Source: a virus
Strand: one strand, 5' to 3'
Length of the DNA stretch: 64,000 bases
Virus record (IMG/VR): IMGVR_UViG_3300042301_002170
Shown: positions 21,033 through 31,231 of the stretch, in pieces
Layout: each line of letters starts with the position of its first letter
How positions within the stretch are numbered: position 1 is the first letter of the stretch
Program-made: the position numbers and the translations under genes
Notes under the pieces: generated by a model
The model's input: only the letters and a program-made list of their open reading frames with translations
What the model was told of the DNA's origin: nothing
Databases searched by the model: none

Positions 21033-23972
21033 ATGGCAGCTATATTTCAAATTAGAAGAGGAACAACTGATATATCATCTTCAATAGTAGATGGTGAATT
21101 ATATTTACATAAAGGAAAAAACTCTTTACAAGTGGCAATTGGTGATGGAAATCCTATCACATTACTTGCATTAAATACATCCTCAGTTGGTAATATTAAC
21201 TTAACAGGAGATGTATCAGCATCTAATATGTTTGTTAGTGAAAATTTAACCGTTTCTGGTAATTTATTTTTAGGAAATCAAACAACAGATACTATAACTG
21301 CAACGGGTGAGTTTACATCAAACTTAATCCCCAATCCATCAAATACATATTCAATTGGTTCTACTTCAAAAGTTTGGAAAGAAATACACGCAACTTCTTT
21401 TTCAGGTTCATTTAGTGGTTCTATTAATGGTATAAACGAAGGAATTTCAGCATTTAGTGAATCGGTAGATAGTAGATTAGACCAATTGCAATTAGCATCG
21501 GCATCTTTACAATTATTTACATCATCACAAGAAACGAAAAATGTAACTATTGGAGAACATACTTCTTCAATAAATTCATTTACTCAATCACAAGAATCAA
21601 AAGATGTAGTTATTTCTGCTTATACGGCATCAATGAATACGTTTAGTGCTTCAATATATCAACATTCGGCATCTATAAACTCATTTACATCATCACAAGA
21701 AACAAAAGATATAGTAATTGCATCATATACTGGTTCAATGAATACCTTTACTCAATCTGTATATGAGCACACATCTTCTATTAACGAATATACTCAATCT
21801 TTAAGAACGGCAATTGATGTAACTGATGGAAATACAAGAATAATAGGAAACTTAATTGTAGATGGTACACAAACATCATTAAATACAACTGAAACTTTTG
21901 TTGAAGATAAATCAATTACTTTAGCAAGTGGTTCTACAACTTCTGCTATTGCGGATGGTGCAGGTTTAAATATAGCAGGTGCAAATGTTTCAATGAGTTG
22001 GGAAGATTCTAATCAAAGATTATATTTTAATACAAGTATAGCAGCATTAGGTTCAATTAGTTCATCTACAGTTGTTGGTTTAAATGGTGATAGTGTAACT
22101 GTATATTCAACATCGGTAGATAGTAGATTAAGTAACTTACAAAGTAAATCTGCAAGTGTAGATAATTCTATTTTATTATTAGGACAATTTACTCAATCTC
22201 AAGAAAACAAAAATACCACATTAGCTACTTATACTTCATCATTAGAATTATATACGGCATCGGTAAATAGTGATTTAGCAAGTATTCATCAAACTACTTC
22301 TTCATTAAATGCATTTACTGCAAGTATATTTGGAACAAATGAATTTACTGCATCTACTAAAATTAGATTAGATAATTTAGAAAGTACATCTGCATCAATT
22401 AGTTCTTCAGTTGGACAATTGAATTTAGTAACTTCATCTTTACATTCATATACATCATCTACAAATGTTAGATTAGATAATATAGAATTAACTACTTCTA
22501 GTTTAAATTCTTCGATTCTACAAATAAATTCAGTAACTACATCATTAAATTTATGGACGGGTTCTGGATTCTTTAATGCATATTCAACTTCAGTAGATAA
22601 TTTATTAGATGGATTAAGATATGATTTAGATTTATTAACTCCTGCAGGATTAACTGCGGCATTTGATAATTTAAATTTATTTACATCATCTGCAAATAGT
22701 AGATTAAATAGTATAGAAGCGGCAACTTCATCATACGAAACAAATGGTAGAGGAATTGTAAGTGGTAGTTCTCAAATAACTCCATTATTACCAACGGGTG
22801 TAATTAGTGGTTCATCTCAAATTACATTAATATTACCAACAGGAGTAGTATCTGGCTCATCTCAAATTACATATGCAAGTATCTCATCTATACCAGCAGG
22901 TATTGTAAGTGGTTCATCACAAGTTGATATTACGGCAACAACTAACTATTCAACATTTAGTAGTTCGGTAGCAAATGATATTACATCGTTAAACTCATAT
23001 ACTTCATCTCTAAGAGGGGCAATTACTATAAGTGGTACAGATGTTTCTTTAGCAGGAAATTTAACAGTATTAGGAACTACAACTATTATAGATAGTACGG
23101 TTGTTAATATTAAAGATAATATTATTCAATTAAATGGAGCAGGTTCGGCAAATGCAGGTTTAGTAGTAAGAGATGCAACTGGCACAACAACTTCTGGCTC
23201 ATTGTTATGGGATACAGATAACGATTATTGGAAAGCAGGACCATTGGATGCTGAATCCAAATTGCTAAGAGCAGGTGGAGACAATGTGATTTCTGCTTCA
23301 TCACAAATTACTTATTCAAATATTTCTTCAATACCAGCGGGAATTATAAGTAGTTCTACTCAAATAGATGCATTATTTAATATTGATGGATTAGTTTCAG
23401 GTTCATCTCAAATTACATATGCAAGTATTAGTTCAATACCAGGTGGGATAGTTAGTGGTTCATCTCAAATTACGGCGGGTTCAACTACAAACTTCGCAAC
23501 AGATGTAAAAACTCAATTAAACTCTAGCACAGTAATTAGTGGTTCATCTCAAGTAACGTTATCATCTACAACAGGTGGTGGTACAACTTCAAATGTACAA
23601 CATGGTTCTTTAGGAATTGGATTAGCAGCTACTGGAGTAAGTGGTGAAATTGTAGCAAGTGCTGATATTGTGGCTTTTGCATCATCCGATATTAGATTAA
23701 AAGAAAATATTCAACCAATTCAAAATGCATTAGAAAAAGTTGAATCGATTAGTGGTAACACATACGATTGGAAAGAAGGATATGATGAAATTCACTCTCA
23801 CAAAGGAAATGATGTTGGAGTAATTGCACAAGAAATTGAATCAATATTACCACAAATTGTAACAAATAGAGATAACGGATACAAAGCAGTTCAATATGAA
23901 AAAATAGTTCCATTATTAATTGAAGCAATAAAAGAATTATCAGCAAAAATTAAACTATTAGAAAATAAATAG
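21033..23972 (+). CDS. Fibre protein with C-terminal peptidase S74 chaperone
   Basis: N-terminal FQIRRG...GELY; coiled-coil and SGSSQI repeats; C-terminal SSDIRLKENI...DVGVIAQEIE..LP.IV...AVQYEKIVPLLIEAIKEL. Confidence 0.85.
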   Translation: MAAIFQIRRGTTDISSSIVDGELYLHKGKNSLQVAIGDGNPITLLALNTSSVGNINLTGDVSASNMFVSENLTVSGNLFLGNQTTDTITATGEFTSNLIPNPSNTYSIGSTSKVWKEIHATSFSGSFSGSINGINEGISAFSESVDSRLDQLQLASASLQLFTSSQETKNVTIGEHTSSINSFTQSQESKDVVISAYTASMNTFSASIYQHSASINSFTSSQETKDIVIASYTGSMNTFTQSVYEHTSSINEYTQSLRTAIDVTDGNTRIIGNLIVDGTQTSLNTTETFVEDKSITLASGSTTSAIADGAGLNIAGANVSMSWEDSNQRLYFNTSIAALGSISSSTVVGLNGDSVTVYSTSVDSRLSNLQSKSASVDNSILLLGQFTQSQENKNTTLATYTSSLELYTASVNSDLASIHQTTSSLNAFTASIFGTNEFTASTKIRLDNLESTSASISSSVGQLNLVTSSLHSYTSSTNVRLDNIELTTSSLNSSILQINSVTTSLNLWTGSGFFNAYSTSVDNLLDGLRYDLDLLTPAGLTAAFDNLNLFTSSANSRLNSIEAATSSYETNGRGIVSGSSQITPLLPTGVISGSSQITLILPTGVVSGSSQITYASISSIPAGIVSGSSQVDITATTNYSTFSSSVANDITSLNSYTSSLRGAITISGTDVSLAGNLTVLGTTTIIDSTVVNIKDNIIQLNGAGSANAGLVVRDATGTTTSGSLLWDTDNDYWKAGPLDAESKLLRAGGDNVISASSQITYSNISSIPAGIISSSTQIDALFNIDGLVSGSSQITYASISSIPGGIVSGSSQITAGSTTNFATDVKTQLNSSTVISGSSQVTLSSTTGGGTTSNVQHGSLGIGLAATGVSGEIVASADIVAFASSDIRLKENIQPIQNALEKVESISGNTYDWKEGYDEIHSHKGNDVGVIAQEIESILPQIVTNRDNGYKAVQYEKIVPLLIEAIKELSAKIKLLENK

Positions 23973-24032
23973 ATATTTATAAGGGTATAAGGAATTTCTT
24001 ATATTTTAAACTAAAAAAAAGAGTAAACTAAA

Positions 24033-25604
24033 ATGGGACTTAAATTTAGACGTGGGACGAACGCACAAAAATCTGGTTCGTTAGCATTCGGAGAGCCGTA
24101 TGTAAATACAGACTTAGGAACATTACAAATTGGAGGAGCAACCGGTGATATTACACTAGGAGCTTCCGGAACAGGAAGTCAGGGTTCATTCGCCGGAATT
24201 TCAGGTTCATCATTGGACATTACCGGAAACGCAAAAATTGACGGTAACTTAACATTGGGTGGTAACATTACAATTGGTGATAACACATCCGATAGTGTAA
24301 ATGTTGTAGCATCTTTAAGTTCATCACTTATTCCACAAACAACCAATATATTTGATTTAGGTTCAGAGACTAAATTTTGGAGAGATTTATATATCTCAAC
24401 AGGTTCAATCAAAATGGTTAATCCTGCAAACAATCAAGTAGTAACAACAATTACTGCGGTAGCAGGTGGTGGTATTCAAATTGGTAATGTACAAATTTCA
24501 ACTGCATCAATTTCATTTGTAGATAATAGTGGTAATATTACACAAAATGTTGCACAATCTTCTTCGGTAGGTTCAACGAGTAATTTTACAACAACATCTT
24601 CATTTAACTCATTTACAAGTTCAATCGATACAACGATTAAAACTAAAATAAATACGGATGGTGTAGTATCAGGTTCTTCACAAATATCACATGATTCAAC
24701 AACGGGATATTCTGCAAACAAACACGTTGACCATACATCTGTATTAATTAGTGCAGGTAATGGTTTGAGTGGTGGGGGTGATATTTCATCAACAAGAACA
24801 TTAGCATTAGATAGTGGTTCTGCACACTTTACAGGTGGTGTTAAATCTGCATTAAATACAAATACTGTAGTAAGTGGCTCATCTCAAATTACATACGCAA
24901 GTATTTCTTCTATACCAGCAGGAATAGTAAGTGGTTCTTCACAAGTAACAGGAATTGGAAATGCACAATTAACAAACTCTACAATTAGTGGTATTTCATT
25001 AGGTTCTAACTTAGCAACTTTAACAATTGGTACGGGATTAAGTGGAACATCTTACAACGGTAGTGGTGCAGTAACAATTGCAAACACCGGTGTAACTTCA
25101 AACGTAGCAGGAACTGGTGTAACAGTATCTGGAGCAACTGGGGCAGTAACAATATCAATTGGACAATCGGTAGCAACAAACGCAACTCCAACATTTGGTA
25201 ACTTAACCATCAATGGAACGATAACTGCAACTGGTGATATTACGGCATTCTTTACTTCGGATATTAGACATAAAAACAATGTTCAATTAATAGATAACGC
25301 ATTAGATAAAGTAAATGCATTGAATGGTGTAACTTGGGAATGGAATGATGATGTAGATGAAGTAACTAAACAAACTCCAAAAACTGGTTTAATTGCACAA
25401 GATGTTTTAGATGTTTTACCTGAAGTAGTTAAGACAAGAGAAAATGGTTTCTTAGCATTGGATTATTCTAAAATGATTGGTTTGTTAGTAGAAGCAATCA
25501 AAGAGCAAGATATTGTTATACAAAAATTAAAATCAGATATGGTTGGATTGAGTACAACAATTACCGTTTTTGAAGATAGAATGAAAGAAAAAGGTTTATT
25601 ATAA
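24033..25604 (+). CDS. Fibre protein with C-terminal peptidase S74 chaperone
   Basis: N-terminal LKFRRGT...GEP; C-terminal TSDIRHKNNV...NGVTWEW...GLIAQDV..VLPEVV...LDYSKMIGLLVEAIKEQ. Confidence 0.85.
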   Translation: MGLKFRRGTNAQKSGSLAFGEPYVNTDLGTLQIGGATGDITLGASGTGSQGSFAGISGSSLDITGNAKIDGNLTLGGNITIGDNTSDSVNVVASLSSSLIPQTTNIFDLGSETKFWRDLYISTGSIKMVNPANNQVVTTITAVAGGGIQIGNVQISTASISFVDNSGNITQNVAQSSSVGSTSNFTTTSSFNSFTSSIDTTIKTKINTDGVVSGSSQISHDSTTGYSANKHVDHTSVLISAGNGLSGGGDISSTRTLALDSGSAHFTGGVKSALNTNTVVSGSSQITYASISSIPAGIVSGSSQVTGIGNAQLTNSTISGISLGSNLATLTIGTGLSGTSYNGSGAVTIANTGVTSNVAGTGVTVSGATGAVTISIGQSVATNATPTFGNLTINGTITATGDITAFFTSDIRHKNNVQLIDNALDKVNALNGVTWEWNDDVDEVTKQTPKTGLIAQDVLDVLPEVVKTRENGFLALDYSKMIGLLVEAIKEQDIVIQKLKSDMVGLSTTITVFEDRMKEKGLL

Positions 25605-25609
25605 TATAA

Positions 25610-26608
25610 ATGTACGATGTTTATTACACAACCGCAGGAGGACCTTGGTTCAATAGTGGTGCAGATATGTGGGTAACACAATGGATAAAAGAAGTGGCTC
25701 CTCATTTAGAAGTGAAGCCACTTCTTCTTTTCCATAGACACAAACCTCAGAATTATGAGGATTTTGAAATCAATATTGACCATATTTGGGAAACATCTGA
25801 AGATGAAATTATAAAACATTTGGAAGGTGCAAGACGAATTCATATTCTACACGGTCATTATACTCCAACCAGAGCTATTCATCAAAATTTGGAAAAGATT
25901 GATTCAATCGTTTTTCATAATTTAACAAGAGTGTCTTTAATGGCACAAATGGAAAAAGAAGAATACTTACATTGGTACGGCAATTGGGAATATGAATCAG
26001 AAATGATTGATAAAATTAAACATAAAGTTTGGGTAGGATTATATCATTTTCCATATAAAACGGATAATTTACATCACATACCAAACTGTTACGAATTTAC
26101 AGTAAATAAAGAAGTTTCGGAGTCATTGAAAATTGGTTTTGCCGCAAGAGCGGAAGGTAGAAAAAATTTAGAGTTCATAGAACCATTTGAAAATTATATT
26201 TCTACTAATTCAGAAACATTTAACAAATATTACCGAAAGAAGTATGGACACAAATTCGAAAAAAGTAAAATTTATAAATTTGATTACAAATATAAAGAAA
26301 GGTTCTACGGACTTGATTGGGGTATATCTCACTCGTGTTTTGAAAATGAACCATTCGGATATGGAATATTTGAAGCAGTTGATTGGGGTAAAGTACCAAT
26401 ACTACATGAAAACTGGTGTATTCCCCTTGACTACAAATATAAAGCAAAAGATGCAGAAACTTTTAAGGAAACCTATGAGCAAATCTGTAAAGATAGTTAT
26501 GAAGAAAGAAAAACAGAACATCACAAACTAAAAGATTGGATGAAAACACATTTTGGAAATAAAGATGTATGGAAAGAAAAACTTTTAGATATTTATAACG
26601 GAGAATAA
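25610..26608 (+). CDS. GT-B fold glycosyltransferase (GT4-like)
   Basis: N-terminal GG...SGADMWV; FAARAEGRKNL; C-terminal nucleotide-sugar motif EPFGYGIFEAVDWGKVPI (E-x7-E). Confidence 0.75.
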   Translation: MYDVYYTTAGGPWFNSGADMWVTQWIKEVAPHLEVKPLLLFHRHKPQNYEDFEINIDHIWETSEDEIIKHLEGARRIHILHGHYTPTRAIHQNLEKIDSIVFHNLTRVSLMAQMEKEEYLHWYGNWEYESEMIDKIKHKVWVGLYHFPYKTDNLHHIPNCYEFTVNKEVSESLKIGFAARAEGRKNLEFIEPFENYISTNSETFNKYYRKKYGHKFEKSKIYKFDYKYKERFYGLDWGISHSCFENEPFGYGIFEAVDWGKVPILHENWCIPLDYKYKAKDAETFKETYEQICKDSYEERKTEHHKLKDWMKTHFGNKDVWKEKLLDIYNGE

Positions 26609-26619
26609 CACATACTAAT

Positions 26620-28371
26620 ATGCCAAAAACTAATTTATCTTTAGGAAATTTATACAGAGCAACTGTAGGTTCAGCAAGAACTTCACAAGCATCATCATTA
26701 AATGCAAGAAATGCATCTGCAGGAACTTCAATTTCCATTGGAGCATTTGCAATTGATTCGGTAACAGTAACTCCACCAACTTTTACATATATTGTAGAAT
26801 CTACATCTGAAAATGCTACATTTACATTTGGAAGTGCGGGTGCTGCTCATACTGCAAGAGTTGCTAGTGTAGCTGCAAACTATACAGTATCATTTAATAA
26901 TGCAAACTTTACAGTTGGTGGTGCAACATTAGGAGCTACTTCAACGTTTCCAGTAACACCTGCATCCATCGCAGTATCAACGTATTCAGAAGCACAATCT
27001 ACGTTATCAATGACGTATAACGATGGGTTTAATACTGCGGCAACAAATTATAACTCTACTGTTACAAAAATTTTATACGCAGTTGATGTTTATAATACAA
27101 TTAACCAACCAGATTTCTGTTTATTATTTGATACTCCGGTAACAAAAGCAGACAATACTATTGTAAATGTAGAAGATTTGGCAGTTGGTGATGTTATTAA
27201 AGCATGGGTGCCAGCGGGATTGCCTGATGAATCATTGGATGGGACAGATACAGAAGCAACAGAATGGAGAATGTTTAATTCAGATACCGCTGCAGGTGAA
27301 TACCAGGATGTAACTGTATCTGATATTACATTTAACTTTGCAAGTGGGTATTACAATATTAATAATGGTTTAATAAAGGCAACTGGAACTCACCCATTAT
27401 ATGTGTTTGATTTTGAAACACAAAAATATCACTTTAAATTAGTAGAAACTATATTACCAGGAGATTCAATATTAACTTATGATGAAACCGATGGTTTAGT
27501 TGAAGTTTTGGTATATGATGTTGCTAAAATAATAGAAGATGTTGAAATTGTAACACTCAACGTAGAAAATGCTGACGTTTATTTGGCAAATGGTACAATA
27601 TCACACAACAAAGGAACAACTACACAACCATCTATTCCTGCATCTGGATTAAGAATGTATTTAGAACCTGCTAAAACTGCATCATTTGCAGCAGGTTCTT
27701 TACCTGCAACTGGTACACCAACGGTAGATTTGTTGGATATGAGTGGGTATGGTACGGGTGTTAGACCTGGAGCACAGGGACCTTTATCATTGGCAAGTGG
27801 AAATCCATCATACAATAATGGTGGAAGTAGAAACGAAAGATACTATTCATTTAATGGAACATCTAACTTATTCTATAAAGATACTGCATCTAATATTAAT
27901 GGTGGTATATCTCAATTTAATACTAATACAGGTACAATTCACGTTTGGATTAGACCTACAACTACATTAGGTGTTGCATCAAGACCTATATTTGATTATG
28001 CGGGTTTTTATAAATTATCAATTGAATCAACAAACAGTTCTACATTAAATAGAGTACAATTTACAGGTAGTTCTTTGGGAAGTTCCGGTCAATTAACAAC
28101 ATCATTATCATCAAATGTATGGTATATGATTTCAGCGGCATTCCAACCAAGTGGTACTTGTACAATTTATGTAGATGGAGTATCTGTTGGTACATTTTCA
28201 TCATCAGCATTCACTGCACCATCATCTACAAACTATGTAACAATTGGTTCAAATACAGGTAGAACGTTATTTTGGAATGGACAAATCGGACCAGTATTGT
28301 TTTATAACACATTACAAACTTTAGCCTTAGTAGACCAGGTATATGATTATTTCTCTCCAAACTACAAATAA
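26620..28371 (+). CDS. Virion protein with an internal Hint (intein-like) domain and C-terminal LamG domain
   Basis: C167 LLFDT.V...D.....VEDLAVGD, block B ATGTHP, terminal VYLANGTISHN330-K, then LamG motifs (IHVWIRP, WYMISAAF, IYVDG, NGQIGPV.FYN). Confidence 0.8.
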   Translation: MPKTNLSLGNLYRATVGSARTSQASSLNARNASAGTSISIGAFAIDSVTVTPPTFTYIVESTSENATFTFGSAGAAHTARVASVAANYTVSFNNANFTVGGATLGATSTFPVTPASIAVSTYSEAQSTLSMTYNDGFNTAATNYNSTVTKILYAVDVYNTINQPDFCLLFDTPVTKADNTIVNVEDLAVGDVIKAWVPAGLPDESLDGTDTEATEWRMFNSDTAAGEYQDVTVSDITFNFASGYYNINNGLIKATGTHPLYVFDFETQKYHFKLVETILPGDSILTYDETDGLVEVLVYDVAKIIEDVEIVTLNVENADVYLANGTISHNKGTTTQPSIPASGLRMYLEPAKTASFAAGSLPATGTPTVDLLDMSGYGTGVRPGAQGPLSLASGNPSYNNGGSRNERYYSFNGTSNLFYKDTASNINGGISQFNTNTGTIHVWIRPTTTLGVASRPIFDYAGFYKLSIESTNSSTLNRVQFTGSSLGSSGQLTTSLSSNVWYMISAAFQPSGTCTIYVDGVSVGTFSSSAFTAPSSTNYVTIGSNTGRTLFWNGQIGPVLFYNTLQTLALVDQVYDYFSPNYK

Positions 28372-28440
28372 TAAATTGTTGTTTTGAAAATAATTTTTAT
28401 ATTTATATTAAGATAATAAAATTTTTAAATTAGAATACAA

Positions 28441-30672
28441 ATGGCAGACAAAATAGTATCACCAGGTGTTTTTACAAAAGAAAACGACCTTTCATTTTTA
28501 CAACAAGGTGTAGCTGATATTGGTGCAGCTTTCATCGGACCTTTTAAAGAAGGACCATTAGTTCCAACAATCGTTAATTCTCAAGCAGAATTCGAAACTT
28601 TGTTTGGAACAGTTGATGATACATACTACACACCTTTAGCAGTACAATCATATTTAAGAGAAGCAGGAACTGCTACAATTTGTAGAGTTGCGGGTATCGG
28701 CGGATATACTGAAACTGCTCCTTTATTATTAACAGTAACTTCTGGTTCAATATCGGCATCTGTTGGTATTTTATTTAATACGGCAAGTGGTTCAAACGCA
28801 GGTTTTGCAGGAACAACTGTAACAGTCGGTTCATCTGGTCAATTTTTAATTTCGGGTTCAAACGCAGGATTGTTATCCGCATCTTTGGAAGCATCTGATA
28901 CGGATGATATTGAATCTGTATTTGGATTATCTGCTTTTGGAGCAAAAAAACCTTATGTTTATGGATTTTTTAAAAATCATAATGTTCCATTTGTATCAGC
29001 TACAAGTGCAAGTGTAACGGTATTAGCAGACCAAGCATATACATTTGATGCACAAGAAGCATTGACACCATTTATCCAATCACAATTGATTTCTGGAGAA
29101 AGAACAAATCTTTTCCGTTTTGAAACAATTGGTGCAGGAAATGCAGCAAATACTAAAGTTAAAATCGGTATTACAAACATTAAAGCAGCAGGTTCAGTAA
29201 ACGGTACTGATTATGGTACATTTACAGTTGTTGTTAGAGATGGAGCCGATACAAACAAAAAGAAAGTAGTATTAGAAACTTATTCTAATGTAAACTTAGA
29301 CCCTAACTCTCCTAACTACATCGCAAGAGTAATTGGTGATAGAAAGAGAACAATTGCATCAGATGGTAAAGTAACTGAAAATGGTGATTGGGTTAATAAC
29401 TCAAAATATATTAGAATTTCTGAATTAAACGAAAACTCACCAGTTCAAGCAGTTCCTTTTGGACATGGAGCTTATACATTACCAATCTCAGCATCAGCAG
29501 GAATTGGTTCATTAATTCCTTCAGTAACTTATGTTAGTTCTTCGGCAACTGTATATGGTGGTATTGATTTGGATGGTAATATTGATAACTCAATTTACTT
29601 AAAGCCAATTCCTAACGGAGCAGGTGTAGGTGCTAACGTAGCATTTGGAGTAGATGTGGCAAACGGAGGAGCATTATCTGTTGGTAATTCAGCAGCACAA
29701 TTCTTAGTAGCATTCCAAGAAGGTTTTGATGGTATGAGTCCGGCAACACCTATCTACAAAGGAGATAGTATTATAGCAGGAAACTCACAAGGATTTAACC
29801 TTACTAACTCATTATCATCTGGCTCTGTTGCTTACGGAAAGCATGTATCTGCATTATCTAACCAAGATGAATACGATGTTAATATGATTGTAACTCCTGG
29901 TGTTATTAGAAGATTGCACACCGCAGTAACAACTGATATTTTAGATATGGTTGAAGAAAGAAGTGATTGTTTCTACATAATGGACACAACAACATATTCG
30001 GATTCAATAACAAACGCAGTAGGACAAGCAAATGATATTGATTCTAACTACGCAGCAACTTACTACCCTTGGATTAAAACAATTGATGTTAATACTAATA
30101 AGTTAATTGCAGTACCACCATCAGTATTATTACCTGGTGTATTTGCATCTAACGATAGAGTAGCAGCAGAATGGTTCGCACCAGCAGGTTTGAATAGAGG
30201 TGGTTTGATTGGAGCAGTAGCAGTTCAAAATCGTTTAACTCAATCGGAAAAAGATACATTATATGAAGGAAAGGTAAATCCAATCGTTCAGTTCCCAGGA
30301 CAAGGTATCGTAGTATTCGGACAAAAAACATTACAAGATAAACCATCTGCATTAGATAGAATTAATGTAAGAAGATTATTATTAACTGTTAGAAAATACA
30401 TCGCATCTACTTCAAGATATTTAGTATTCGAACAAAATACTTCTGAAACTAGAAACAGATTCTTAAACATCGTAAACCCTTACTTAGAAGCAATTCAACA
30501 AAGACAAGGACTTTACGCATTTAGAGTTGTGATGGATGATTCAAACAACACACCAGATGTAATTGATAGAAACATTATGAAAGGAGCTATCTACTTACAA
30601 CCAACTAAGACAGCTGAATTCATTCAAATTGATTTCAACATCTTACCAACTGGCGCGGCGTTTAACGGATAA
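28441..30672 (+). CDS. gp18: Tail sheath protein
   Basis: VSPGVFTKENDLS, IGPFKEGP, WFAPAGLNRG, LYEGKVNPI, VFGQKTLQ..SALDRINVRRL, IYLQPTKTAEFIQIDF. Confidence 0.95.
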   Translation: MADKIVSPGVFTKENDLSFLQQGVADIGAAFIGPFKEGPLVPTIVNSQAEFETLFGTVDDTYYTPLAVQSYLREAGTATICRVAGIGGYTETAPLLLTVTSGSISASVGILFNTASGSNAGFAGTTVTVGSSGQFLISGSNAGLLSASLEASDTDDIESVFGLSAFGAKKPYVYGFFKNHNVPFVSATSASVTVLADQAYTFDAQEALTPFIQSQLISGERTNLFRFETIGAGNAANTKVKIGITNIKAAGSVNGTDYGTFTVVVRDGADTNKKKVVLETYSNVNLDPNSPNYIARVIGDRKRTIASDGKVTENGDWVNNSKYIRISELNENSPVQAVPFGHGAYTLPISASAGIGSLIPSVTYVSSSATVYGGIDLDGNIDNSIYLKPIPNGAGVGANVAFGVDVANGGALSVGNSAAQFLVAFQEGFDGMSPATPIYKGDSIIAGNSQGFNLTNSLSSGSVAYGKHVSALSNQDEYDVNMIVTPGVIRRLHTAVTTDILDMVEERSDCFYIMDTTTYSDSITNAVGQANDIDSNYAATYYPWIKTIDVNTNKLIAVPPSVLLPGVFASNDRVAAEWFAPAGLNRGGLIGAVAVQNRLTQSEKDTLYEGKVNPIVQFPGQGIVVFGQKTLQDKPSALDRINVRRLLLTVRKYIASTSRYLVFEQNTSETRNRFLNIVNPYLEAIQQRQGLYAFRVVMDDSNNTPDVIDRNIMKGAIYLQPTKTAEFIQIDFNILPTGAAFNG

Positions 30673-30720
30673 TTTTAAAAAACCATATTTATTAGAGAAT
30701 AACATTTAAATAAAAAGAAA

Positions 30721-31209
30721 ATGCCAGAAATATTAGAATTTGACAAGATATTTTATAAGAATTTTGAACCAAAGCTTGGTAATAGATTCATTATGGAAAT
30801 CAATGGTATCGAATCATACATCATCAAAACTGCAAGTAGACCAACATTTACTTCGGAAATAGTTGAATTAGACCATATCAACGTAAAGCGTAAGATAAAG
30901 GGAAAATCTAACTGGGATGATATGAATATCACACTTTATGACCCAATCGTTCCATCAGGAGCACAACAAGTTATGGAGTGGATTAGAACATCACACGAAT
31001 CATTAACGGGTAGAGATGGATACGCAGCGTTCTATAAGAAGGATATTACTTTCTATTTGTTAGGACCAGTTGGTGATAAAGTAGAACAATGGACAATCAA
31101 AGGAGCATTCATTACATCGGCAAACTTTGGTGAGTTGGATTGGGCTTCAAACGACCCTGTATCAATTGAATTAACTTTAACATTTGATTACGCAGTATTA
31201 GAGTACTAA
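30721..31209 (+). CDS. gp19: Tail tube protein
   Basis: Directly after the sheath. FEPK..NRF, KIKGKSNWDDMNITLYD, WTIKGAFITSANFGELDW, LTFDYA. Confidence 0.9.
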   Translation: MPEILEFDKIFYKNFEPKLGNRFIMEINGIESYIIKTASRPTFTSEIVELDHINVKRKIKGKSNWDDMNITLYDPIVPSGAQQVMEWIRTSHESLTGRDGYAAFYKKDITFYLLGPVGDKVEQWTIKGAFITSANFGELDWASNDPVSIELTLTFDYAVLEY

Positions 31210-31231
31210 GATTAAATAAAGTAATTGAAAT

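Noticed and set aside
27118-27609. Canonical splicing intein
   Set aside because: The +1 residue is Lys rather than Cys/Ser/Thr, there is no homing endonuclease, and the host is not a conserved enzyme. Kept as a Hint cleavage domain.
6319-28371. Diversity-generating retroelement acting on adhesins
   Set aside because: No reverse transcriptase in the window and no template/variable repeat pair differing only at adenines.
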